A stretch of 64,000 nt of DNA from Eledone cirrhosa (lineage: Eukaryota): contig OZ024740.1 of NCBI GenBank assembly GCA_964016885.1, positions 374,976,001 to 375,040,000 of the forward strand. The letters run 5' to 3'. Positions 51,483-64,000 of the stretch are shown piece by piece (within the stretch, counting starts at the first letter, position 1; every line of letters begins with the position of its first letter). Made by a program: the position numbers and the translations under genes. The notes beneath the pieces are model-generated. The model saw only the letters and a list, made by a program, of their open reading frames with translations, was not told where the DNA came from and ran no database searches.

Positions 51483-54400
51483 TATATACATATATATACC
51501 ATATTGGAAGAATATGTTTTTCTATAGCGATGGATTCGCTATTCATATAATTTAGCTTTATCTGGCCACGATAAATTTGTTTGTTCTAATTAATCAATTT
51601 TAGACATTAATCTTCTTTTCCACAATTGTTAATTGTTCGTGTATATTTTAGATACATTCCATATGCAACATATCTAATTACAGTTCCTAAGAACTTGTTT
51701 CTGTTACGTTTCAGGTGGTAATATGATTGATGGTCCGAGTGATCTTCTTCGTAATCTGATTCATTTAATTACAATGTTTCTACCCAAATTATTTACTGTT
51801 AATAATTTCATATATCTGTATAAGTATTACCTTTACTGAATTTATTTTCACTATGTCATCCTATTTCCTCATGTAAATACACCACATCTAACTGTTGTTC
51901 TCTACTTGACTATCAGCCAATCTTGTTCAATAATGCATTCGCCATTCGCCCGCTGAATGTCCTAAATTTTACATTTAATATTACCTTTGAACGTATTCTT
52001 TCACTTAGATTCCGTCTTGATTTAAAATGTTACCGACGTAGTGACATCCTATGTCTTGCACACAGTAACTGCTCTATCTACTGATAGTGTTTGATCCCCA
52101 ACCTGTATCATACCAGTCTGAGGAACGTTGTTTAAATCCCCATTTCATCTGTTATCATTATATGTTTCAACGTTGCAAGAGACGATTAGTTATTTCAGAT
52201 TGCATGGCCATCAAAATTATTATTTAGACTGCCAAAACTATGAAGCCCGTCCTACGCAGAGAAAGGAGTTACATTCCTCATTGCGCGAAAAGTGAATTTC
52301 AAGATTAAGGTAAAGAGAAAATATGTAGTTCGGAAGAGACTTTCATACCAGGTGTATTTATCTGGCGTTAGTTCAGACCTAGACCTATGTTTAACTTAGT
52401 GATTCACGTTAAAACTAACGACTAAAGCCAGTTCACAACATTTATTTGTTCTATAACAGGAAACGCATGTGGAATATTGTCGAAAACTTCCCTGGCCATT
52501 TTCTGTGTTTTATACCCGGTAAACCGAAATGGATTAGTAGGTAGAGATGTTAATAATATTATAGAGCGAGAGGAATAGAAGGCGAGAGGGATAAAGATGG
52601 GGATGGAGAGATAAAGATAGCGATAAAAAGAGCAAATAATTTCGAATAAAGAGGAAAAAAGAAATTATACATTATAACGATGTGGCCAAATATTACATAA
52701 CTGGCAGATGTTAATATTGTAATTATTAAGAATTAATTCGCAAAGGCACTGAACTAACAAAGTAAAATTTCACATGACGGATATCTATACGTGGCGATGT
52801 TTTTGTTTTTCCTTTTTGTTTTGCATCCATCTACAAACAATAAAATATTTATCTACACTGCCATATCGTATATTCGAGTGTGTGGAAAATACAATTCTAA
52901 GAATCTTGATAGGGTAAATTCACTGAGCTTTACGATAAATAATATTCTATTTTCAATCGAGATGTAGAAATATATATAATATCACATGAATACCTATCCA
53001 ATCTCACCAAGAAAATGCGTGGACGTTTTTATACGAACTCAAAATGCAAGTCAGCGGAACGTATTATATATATAACACTTTTTCGTGAGATATGTGCATT
53101 TGCATGCTAAGAATGCACGGCTTTTCTTCATTAATTGTATTGTTCCTCAAAGTAAATTTAGATGTTAATACATGACTATTGAGATATGAACTTTTGTGAT
53201 ATAATCAATCTCTTGGAATATCTCTAGGATTTTATTTGGTATTAACAAGCATTAAATTATATTAACATATGTAAAGTATGTATAAGGTTTCGCAATATTC
53301 TTTCATTTGCGTCCACATATACATATGAAAAGCAGAAAAATATCTGGGCTGTAGCAATTAGACATCACTGAATATATTTCGTAATAAATATCATATATAG
53401 TAAAATAAAACGCTAATATTCTAACGTTTAGTCTGCAATGAAATTAGTTTGAAATATAGTCTCTTATTTAGGCACAAGGCTAGTCTCTTATTTAGGCACA
53501 TATTGGGGGATGGTAAAATGGAATAAATCGCGCACCAGATTGTTATGATACTTTATTTTATCGACTTCATATGGATGAATTCATAACGTAAAGGACGGTA
53601 TCTGAATACTACAGACGGTCTAACAATTCTTCCAAAAGATCATTTAATTTGTTTGAACTATAGAGATGTGCAATAAATAATTACAGAGTCCCTTGTGACA
53701 AACATATTTTAGAAAATTAGGTTATAATATTAGTGAAAGGTAAGTTTCTTCTGGCTCTTAAATTCTGAATTTAAACCCTGGCAATGTCAACTTTGTTTTT
53801 CATCCTTCCAGAGCCGATGAGACAAAGTAACATTGAAATAATACGGTTGAATTAATCAACATTGCTCTGAAACCGAATTTGCTTTGCAGGCCTTGTACCT
53901 AAATTAGATGTCAATATTAATGAAAATATATTTGAAGCTTTCAGGCTGTTGTTAAAAAATGAAAATTAAATAAATACGTGTTAGATTAATATTCATTCTA
54001 TGAGTAATCATGTAAAAATACGATACTGATCTTTTGATACTCGCATGTTTTCTTTTTTAGTTTTTATTCGGTCATTAAAATATCTGAACGATAAGACCTG
54101 TTTAATGAATTTTAATCAAGTTTGATAAATTAGGAACATAAATGTATTATAGTTGATTTTGATATTGAAAGGGAAATTGTTATGAACATGTAAATTATTT
54201 TATGCGTTTTCAGGACATTTTATATCGTGTAAATGTGACATTTCAGCGAAATCTGTTTATTGAAAACGCTCCGGAATGTTTACTGTGTCTTGTTAAATAT
54301 GTAAAAACGTAAGAGAATTGAATCATTTAATATAAGTTGTATTAGTTTAATGAACATACCTACGAAAAAACTATTGTTAACTTTGTTCTCTCGATGCAAA

Positions 54401-54564
54401 TAGTATAATACATTTAATATATGTTTGGTTTGTCGTATGATAGAAAATATAAATTTAATATTGTAGGTATAACTGTGTATATATATATTATCTAAAATTG
54501 CATAGTATAATATATATATATGTATGCGTGTGGGTGGTGGGGTTGTACACACACACACACAGAC

Positions 54565-54662
<98 letters not shown>

Positions 54663-54830
54663 GACTATGACTATATATAAACAACTATCTGGTTGTGAAA
54701 CCAACCAACCAACCAGAAATTTATAAGTTTGTAGATTTGTAAATTTATAAATTTATAAATATATAATAAATTGAAGTGAAAGCATCTGGTGCGTGTGTTT
54801 CTTATTGGCAACATGACCCTCCCAATGTAT

Positions 54831-54925
<95 letters not shown>

Positions 54926-56110
54926 CGTGTACATATTATATGAACTTTTGTGTGTGTAGGTACAAGTAGGTGTAAGTATACTTACTTGCATTGTGTATAT
55001 GTCCATCTGTATATTGTTCATATTTGATTGATGAGGGTAGGAAATGAAGGCTGCCAACACTTCTTTTCGTTGTCAGATTAGAGTATACATTCAGAGATAG
55101 TCCCAAGCCACTCAGTATTAATTTACAAGTTGATAAAATATACCCATTCTCACTTTACTCAAATACTCAGAGCACCACACTAGTATATATTCACACCGTA
55201 CCCTACGCCAGAACATAGAATACATATCTCCATCGAGTGTCTATTAAACAATTTTTGATCAAATTAACTCAGAAACGAAATAAAATTAGTTCGTGAAATA
55301 TTCAGCTAATAAAGAATATAACACATTCTACTTGCTGAAGTAAATTTGTTTCAGTGAGCAAGACGCTAAGAGTGTGATAAGAATTTGACATAACGAAATA
55401 AATGATAAATGGCAAGTGTATTTGAATAGCTAAAAAGACTTTTCTACGATGTAATTTAATGCATAACATATCAAGAAGCCCCATGACAAGCCAGTGCAGC
55501 ACTGAAAATGCAACAAAATCTTGATGAAATATGGATGTGGTAATAAGAGAGACATGAAATACGAAAGACCTGAGGATAATAGTAGATTTGAAGTGAACAC
55601 GGCACAACTGAAACACTGGGTACCGAAAACACGAACAACTGAGAATAACATTTGAAAACAATTCGACTCGACCTTAAAGTAAGCCGCATATACATGCACA
55701 ACAATTTCAGGTCAAAATATTTGTTACTACTTTAGGCACACGAAAAGCAATTTTGGGGGAAGGCAAAGTCAATATAATCGACCCCAGTGTATAACTAGAG
55801 CTATACGTTATATGCCCCGCAATGATCAAAGGCAAAGCTAACATTGGCAGGATTCTAACTCAGAGGGTAAAGGACCGTAAATCAGTGCTGCAAAGCATGT
55901 TGTCGAACGATTTACCAATACTGCCAATCCAAAATAATGCGATACGGTGTTGCAATCACAATGGGCTCCTGACTTTAAGGATCCCTTACGAATATTACTA
56001 ATAAGCACAAAATGTCAGGGCAAATATTTCCTTAAAACCACTTGTTCAACAACTGTACCTTCCAAACGCTATCATTTAGAGTAAATGTCAACAACGAATA
56101 TATATATATT

Positions 56111-56668
56111 TGTATTTGGGAGCAAAGATTGGAAATACGGAGGATGATGTGGTTGAAAGAAACAGCAAAGCCTGGGCGGCGTGCCACAGCTTGAGATCCG
56201 TGTGGAAGTCGGACCTTCGTAGACCTGAAAATTCGCCTCTTCATTGCTGTAGTGGAGTATGTGCTGCTGTACGGGTCTGACACGTGGACACTGACCAAGA
56301 AACTCATTCAGATGGTGGATGGGTGCTACACGAGAATGCTGAGGATGGCTCTGAACATTAATCAGTATACACTGAGGATGAAAAACTCAGAGCTGTATGG
56401 GAGCCTCCCAAAAGTCAGCTCAAAAGTGACACAGAGGAGACTGATGTTAGCTAAACATACTCACCGACATCCAGAGTTGACATTGCACTCAGTGCTCCTG
56501 TGGGAGCCCCTATATGGAGACAGTGGAAGAGGAAGACCAAGGTTAATGTATGTTTATGCCCTAAGGACAGACACTGGTCTGTTGGAGACGCAGGACATGG
56601 CAGCGATAATGAGTGACAGAGACCGCTGGAGAGAACTTGTCCATGGATCTCGGGAAATTTACCCGCCC
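56111..56668 (+). mobile_element. RTE-type LINE 3' fragment ending in (TA)n
   Basis: LLYGSDTWTLTK, GRGRPRL, DRDRWR in ORF 56252-56893. Confidence 0.85.
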
Positions 56669-56747
<79 letters not shown>

Positions 56748-57030
56748 ATACTTGGGGAGGGTTATATTTGTGTAATATTGCCATAATTAATAACAGAGCA
56801 CACTCACTGTTTGGTTGGTTTTCGCTTTTCGCTTCTGTGTCTTTTGTATCGGTTAATTTAATTTATTCGGTCCTCAATGTTGCCATTGACTGACCAACGG
56901 TCAAATATACAAATACAATATAGACATAAACACATATATATATAGTCTATCAAATATATATATAGGGCGGGTAAAATTCCTAGATATGTATATATATATA
57001 TATATATGTAGATAAATCTACCAAAAAATA

Positions 57031-57069
<39 letters not shown>

Positions 57070-57074
<5 letters not shown>

Positions 57075-57867
57075 GACGTAAATAAGAAAGTTATGAAAAT
57101 TGACTTACTTACTAAAATTTCACTCCAACTAATTAGTTTCTGTAAGGGGATAAATATAGTTACGTAATAACTATAGAGAAGCCTTACGTCATCAGGGAGT
57201 CTATTCTCAGCTAAGTTTCCAGGCAATGCGGGGACACTGGGAACTTATATAAAAATAATTCTGTGGATGGAAAAAGCGAGCGGGGCTAGATTCCAAGCCA
57301 TTGAAAAATTCACTGCCTTCTTGGTCAAGTGGCAAATACAAAAGAATCAATCACGTGACACTGAGGTTAACCAGCTTGGAGTGGGGGTGCTATTAAGACA
57401 GAGCCTAGCTACTACTATCAGTCACATTACGAATTTGGCAAATTTTGCTCAACAAATAATTTGGAGATAATTATAAAGAATTAATATATCTACCGACATA
57501 TGTATACAGATGCATACCTATGCTAGCAGATATATATGTTTTGTCTTAGTAACTCTGTGGTTATATGCAGGGGAATGCAGAACAATTATATGAAAGACGT
57601 AAATAAGAAAGTTATGAAAATTGACTTACTTACTAAAATTTCACTCCAACTAATTAGTTTCTGTAAGAGGATAAATATAGTTACGTAATAAACTAATTAG
57701 TTGGAGTGAAATTTTAGTAAGTAAATTTTCATAACTTTCTTATTTACGTCTTTCATATAATTGTTCTGCATTCCCCTGCATAGAACCACAAAGTTACTAA
57801 GACAAAACATATATATCTGCTAGCATAGGTGTGCATCTGTATACATATGTCGGTAGATATATTAATT

Positions 57868-57872
<5 letters not shown>
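57070..57872 (-). mobile_element. Family A third subfamily: 521-bp partial tandem (57071 vs 57592) plus inverted arm 57690-57872; intact HHR at 57122-57200
   Basis: ACTCC CTGATGA CGTAAGG...[TATAGTTA-ttacg-TAACTATA]...CCTTACA GAAA CTAATTAG TT|GGAGT. Confidence 0.82.
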
Positions 57873-57929
<57 letters not shown>

Positions 57930-58024
57930 TTTGAGTTTATGTTGGTTGTATACCAACACCTCAGTATGCAGGCTGGAGCACTCGACGAAGTGCGCAGGTT
58001 GGTTTGGTTACTCCGGAGTAGTGT

Positions 58025-58559
<535 letters not shown>

Positions 58560-58582
58560 GTGTATGTGTGTGTATATATATA

Positions 58583-58904
58583 TAATTGAATAAACAAGAG
58601 AGATGAACACTAATATAAACATACATGTGTTCGAACCGTAAGGACTAAAATGTGCTGGGGTGAAAAAATACTAACTTCAGCAATATAGAATGTTATCCAA
58701 AACTTTAAATATTGAAATTAAGAAAAATTAAGAAAAATAACGAACCTATATTGGGCAAAAATGCCTGGTAACAACTAGACTGTTAAGGATAACATTCTAT
58801 ATTGCTGTAGTTAGTATTTTTTCACCCCACCAAATTCTAGTCCTTACGATTCGAACACATGTATGTTTATATTAGTGTTCATCTCTGTTGTTTATTCAAT
58901 TATA
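58583..58904. repeat. Foldback repeat family with ~115-bp arms; related array at 61500-61902
   Basis: ataattgaataaacaagagagatgaacactaatataaac occurs in both orientations at both loci. Confidence 0.85.
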
Positions 58905-58972
58905 TTGTACGGGTCGGAAAATCTTTATTCTTAGAGCTGTTTAATCGTAAGGGACTACCCTAAGTTCTTAAC

Positions 58973-59018
<46 letters not shown>

Positions 59019-59037
59019 TGTGTGTGTGTGTGTGTGA

Positions 59038-59082
<45 letters not shown>

Positions 59083-59641
59083 GGCGTGTGTGTGTGTGTA
59101 GTATGTGATTGATTATTTGCTTGTCTGTAATGTAATACTGCCTAAAGGGAGCAAAATGTGAATATATTTTGAAAGGAAGTTGCCCGTGAAATGGGAATAC
59201 AGATGGAATAAAACAAGTTACGTATAAACCGAAGCAATGGTTCCAGAAATACTGGATACTTTCATAAACAGAGATAGAGAAGTATATACTGATTTTGAGA
59301 GAGTAGATTGAAAGAGAGACATAGGGAGAGGGAGAGGTGAGAGAGAGGAGAATGGAAGAGTGAGAGCTGGTGGTGTATTTATATATGTGAGTGTGTGTTT
59401 GTATATGTGTGTCTATAACCAGTGTATATAGATCAGAGACACCCATATATATATATATATATACATGTATACAGACACACACATGTATATATATATATAT
59501 ATATACATACACACACTATATATATTGGCCTTCCAGTTTCATTTCACATTATATGCATGTCTGTGTATCTAAAGTTTTTTTTAAGTGAACGCGCGATTTT
59601 TATAAATAGTTTGAGGTGAACGTGACACAACCGGTCATGGG

Positions 59642-59678
<37 letters not shown>

Positions 59679-59679
<1 letters not shown>

Positions 59680-59825
59680 CGAAGGAAATGTGGTAAGGAA
59701 CCAGGTGGACCATAACGCACCAAAGTACTCAATACTTAGGGTGGTAGAGTGGGTAATAGGAACGAGTAGGACCCAGAATTAGCCGTCGAAACGGCTTGAG
59801 CTCAGCCGTCAGGGTCCTACACGTT

Positions 59826-59830
<5 letters not shown>
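59679..59830. mobile_element. PLE-1-family tail (minus, 59679-59774) fused to an inverted HHR 3' half (plus, 59775-59830); diverged relative at ~59890-60060
   Basis: Near-identity to the PLE-1 pLTR sequence in both orientations. Confidence 0.85.
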
Positions 59831-59875
<45 letters not shown>

Positions 59876-60089
59876 TATATATATACAAATGAAGAAGGAT
59901 TTAGTTTGAAACTAATTTGAACATTAGTCAACAGAGTACTCGATACTTGACTTGGGGGTAGTAGAGTGTGGTTATATTATAAAGATTCGGGGCTCACCCT
60001 CTAGTATTAACTGTTGAAACGGCATGAGCTCAGCCCTGGTATCCCGACTCTATATAATATATATGTATATATCTATATATCTATCTCCA

Positions 60090-60217
<128 letters not shown>

Positions 60218-60242
60218 TCTCTCTCTCGCGCTCTCTCTCTCG

Positions 60243-60290
<48 letters not shown>

Positions 60291-60293
60291 CTC

Positions 60294-60408
60294 TTTTACT
60301 CTTTTACCTGTTTCAGCCATCCGGCTGAGGCCATGCTGGGGCATATATATATATATGGTGCCCCAGCATGGCCTCAGCCGGATGGCTGAAACAGGTAAAA
60401 GAGTAAAA
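60294..60408. repeat. Perfect 50-bp inverted repeat around a short (TA)n spacer
   Basis: ttttactcttttacctgtttcagccatccggctgaggccatgctggggca and its reverse complement. It resembles the end of an abundant octopus repeat (from memory, not searched). Confidence 0.9.
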
Positions 60409-60433
60409 AAAAAAATAAAAAAAATAAATAAAA

Positions 60434-60473
<40 letters not shown>

Positions 60474-61344
60474 ATATATATATTTATATACATAATTGTT
60501 TCTATTTTTAGGCACAAGGCTAGCAATTATCCAGTACATTACTGGTACTTTATTTTATCGACCTCGTTAGGATGAAAGGCAAAGTTAACCTTGGCAATGA
60601 TACTATTTATAATTATGTATACACTATATACAACTATAAACGGGAAAGGTCAGTAATTTATTATTACCTTATTACCAGTAAGAAAAATAGCTCAATGTAA
60701 ATACATCAGATGTTTTACAGAGCAGGAATATAAATTACACAATAATCAAAATTATGTTCAAATCATGTTATTGCTGACAATCGTTTCTTCCAAACTTGTA
60801 TTTGCTGTCATCGGAGCACTACAATGTTTTTACATATAGTTAACCTCCTATTCAACTGAACAATCATGTACACACATGGGTATTAATGCTGTCAACAACA
60901 GTTTAGTACTTACAGAGTAGAATGTATGCGACATATACTACAAGAGAATTATATAATAATTAAAATTAAAAAAACAACACAGAGTGGAATGCATGCGACA
61001 GTTATCACAAGGGAATAGTATAATAATTAAAGAGGCATTAAGGAGAAAGGTTACTCGTAAAACGAGGACACCAGCAGTACATATGCAAGCGTGTAGAAAG
61101 TTCAAATGCGTCAGGCATATATATGAAGGAGACACGCAATGGTACTAGGCATATATAATTACTGTATGGCAAAGGTATCACATAAAATAACATAGGTTTA
61201 CAAGCATAACACGCAGGCAAACGTGTTTATGTTCAAAATACACAAACATATATCTTGTAATATATGTCGCATCCATTCCACTCTGTAAAGACGAAACAAT
61301 AATATTCATGTTTCCACATGATTGTTCAGTATATATATATATCA

Positions 61345-61497
<153 letters not shown>

Positions 61498-61898
61498 CTG
61501 AGTTAGAAACTAGTAGCTCCAAGAAAAAAAAAATTTCCGATCCGTGTAATATAATTGAAGAAACAAGAGAGATGAACACTAATATAAACATACATGTGTC
61601 CGAATCGTAAGGACTAGGTTTGCTAGGGTGAAAAAATACTAATTACAGCAATAAAGTTTGCCAGTCTTAATTTAAAGTAGTATATTAAGAAAAATAATAA
61701 CAAACCTATATTGGCCAAATGCCTGAAATATAATTGAATAAACAAGAGATATGAACACTAATATGAACATCCATGTTTAAATTAAGTCTGGTAAACCATA
61801 TTGCCTGAGTTAGTACTTTTTCACCCTAGCAAACCTAATCCTTACGATCTTGACACATGTATGTTTATATTAGTGTTCATCTCTCTTGTTTATTCAAT

Positions 61899-61940
<42 letters not shown>

Positions 61941-61943
<3 letters not shown>

Positions 61944-62585
61944 TATGTATACGTACATACATATATGTATACAGACGTACAGTAGTATATGTATATATAT
62001 ATATATACATACATGCACACATATATATATATGTACGTATGCATTCACCGAACATTTATTATGATGCTCGGTGTTTTTGTAAACAAACATCCCGAATTAA
62101 GCCGTACGGTGTCTAGCAACCATCGTTGCTCATTTGTTCAACCACCGTTGCTCATTTGTACATACTACTGTACGTCTGTATACATATATGTATGTACGTA
62201 TACATACTCATATTTAAGTAACAGCCGTACTAAGAGTGAGAAATGAAATTTCGTTTCATTTTTCCGTTTATCGTTTTCGGTACCCCGGCCGATTAACTCA
62301 CTCGATATGCAAATGAGGCTGCTCAGCCGTTAATATCCATATGGAAGTATATACTTTCAGACGTTCCACCATCTGTCAGGAAGGTATACTTTGCTGACGA
62401 TAGCTAATAAGCTTGAAACTAGTACAGCGTTCCTTTATCAGTATTGAACAAATGAGCAACGATGGTTGCTAGACACTGTACGGCTTAATTCGGGATGTTT
62501 GTTTACAAACACACCCAGCATTATAATAAATGTTCGGTGAATCCATACGTACATATATATATATATATATATGTGTGTGTGCATG

Positions 62586-62664
<79 letters not shown>

Positions 62665-62761
62665 TACTGTACCTCTGTATACATATATGTATGTACTTAT
62701 ACATACTTATATTTAAGTAACAGCCGTACTAAGAGTGAGAAATGAAATTTCGTTTCATTTT

Positions 62762-62770
<9 letters not shown>
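61941..62770 (+). mobile_element. Family B ~500-bp partial tandem (62162 vs 62661) with inverted arm 61941-62141
   Basis: Direct repeat atactactgtac...gaaatttcgtttcattttt; inverted copy of 62445-62710 with a shorter TA tract. Confidence 0.8.
62378..62434 (+). ncRNA. Family B minimal type I hammerhead
   Basis: AGGAA..TTG CTGACGA tAGCT-aata-AGCTt GAAA CTAG TA|CAG..TTCCT. Confidence 0.7.
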
Positions 62771-62825
<55 letters not shown>

Positions 62826-62828
<3 letters not shown>

Positions 62829-64000
62829 CAATATATTTAGAAACACACAGATGCATGCGGACACACACATATATACATGAATGCATCCTCCGCACCCAAC
62901 TGTGAGTTAAGGGTGCCAACTTCACCGGTGTTGCTCAATGAATGACCGGGACAGACCAATTCAGTTGAACTAGACTGAACCAGTATCAGAGTTAAAAATA
63001 CATTATGAAGAGAGAAGAAACATTTAGATATAATTAGTAATAAAATGTATCATACCTAAACTGCTCCTAAATTCCTCGACTACGTAGTTTCGTGGCATAA
63101 ACAAAAACAATATATCATAAAGATATAGAGTCCCTGCGAGGTCTGCCGACTTATCAAGAGGATACCTCATTTTACTAGTCTCAAGAACGCGTCTACACGA
63201 CGTGAGAAAGAATCCCAAAAGGCGGAGGGGGAGATAGTCACGCGATATAACGGTCGAGAAACAGAGCTAAGCCTCTTATAACCACGAAGAAAATAACACG
63301 GAGGCGGAGGGGGTATTCATATCGAGGCCGCAGAAGAGGTGGTGAAGAAGGCTAGAAGTATGAGTAATGGAAGCTTTCCAGTTGTCCCCACACTTCAAAG
63401 ATTGCTCGACCAGAGGGAGTTATTAACAATGAGGAATTTAGGAGCAGTTTAGGTATGATACATTTTATTACTAATTATATCTAAATGTTTCTTCTCTCTT
63501 CATAATGTATTTTTAACTCTGATACTGGTTCAGTCTAGTTCAACTGAATTGGTCTGTCCCGGTCATTCATTGAGCAACATCGGTGAAGTTGGCACCCTTA
63601 ACTCACAGTTGGGTGCGGATGCATTCATGTATATATGTGTGTGTCCGCATGTATCTGTGTGTTTCTAAATATATTGTTAATAACTCCCTCTGGTCGAGCA
63701 ATCTTTGAAGTGTGGGGACAACTGGAAAGCTTCCATTACTCATACTTCTAGCCTTCTTCACCACCTCTTCTGCGGCCTCGATATGAATACCCCCTCCGCC
63801 TCCGTGGTATTTTCTTCGTGGTTATAAGAGGCTTAGCTCTGTTTCTCGACCGTTATATCGCGTGACTATCTCCCCCTCCGCCTTTTGGGATTCTTTCTCA
63901 CGTCGTGTAGACGCGTTCTTGAGACTAGTAAAATGAGGTATCCTCTTGATAAGTCGGCAGACCTCGCAGGGACTCTATATCTTTATGATATATTGTTTTT
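62826..64000. mobile_element. Family C: 598-bp non-coding HHR unit (minus, 62826-63430) joined head-to-head to a circularly permuted plus copy (63431 to window end)
   Basis: 62826-63077 is inverted at 63431-63680, and 63103-63430 is inverted at 63674-64000; taacaat occurs at both ends of the left unit. Confidence 0.88.
63073..63162 (-). ncRNA. Family C type I hammerhead with U3-A8 core variant
   Basis: TCCTC TTGATAA GTcGGCA...TGCCAC GAAA CTACGTAG TC|GAGGA; helix III is the palindrome ACTACGTAGT; GUC triplet. Confidence 0.85.

Noticed and set aside
52190-52520. Two candidate exons with ag/gt boundaries
   Set aside because: The first candidate has an in-frame stop in its best frame; neither gives a recognisable product.

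Overview
Eukaryotic, AT-rich, microsatellite-saturated DNA. The (TA)n/(CA)n/(CT)n density and the repeat content suggest a cephalopod (Octopus-like) intergenic or intronic region, but this is inference. I found no intact host gene; most ORF-track entries are microsatellite artefacts. Coding remnants belong to decayed retroelements: five Penelope-like element (PLE; RT + GIY-YIG) copies or fragments, R4/Dong-type, RTE and L1/Tx1-type LINE pieces, plus many tRNA-derived SINEs. The main hidden signal is RNA-structural. By hand-folding I find about ten sequence-distinct type I hammerhead ribozyme (HHR) motif families, most with a palindromic helix III. Some lie in PLE pseudo-LTRs. Others lie in non-coding ~500-600 bp tandem or circularly permuted units that look like retrozymes (non-autonomous HHR retroelements). 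Support: compensatory covariation of helix II across three subfamilies of a ~521-bp unit; U3-A8 core covariation in two unrelated families; and three insertion junctions at or within 3 nt of the predicted self-cleavage site, one of which fuses a retrozyme-like unit to a PLE. Folds and coordinates were read by eye, so expect a few bp of error. No activity was tested and novelty was not checked against databases.
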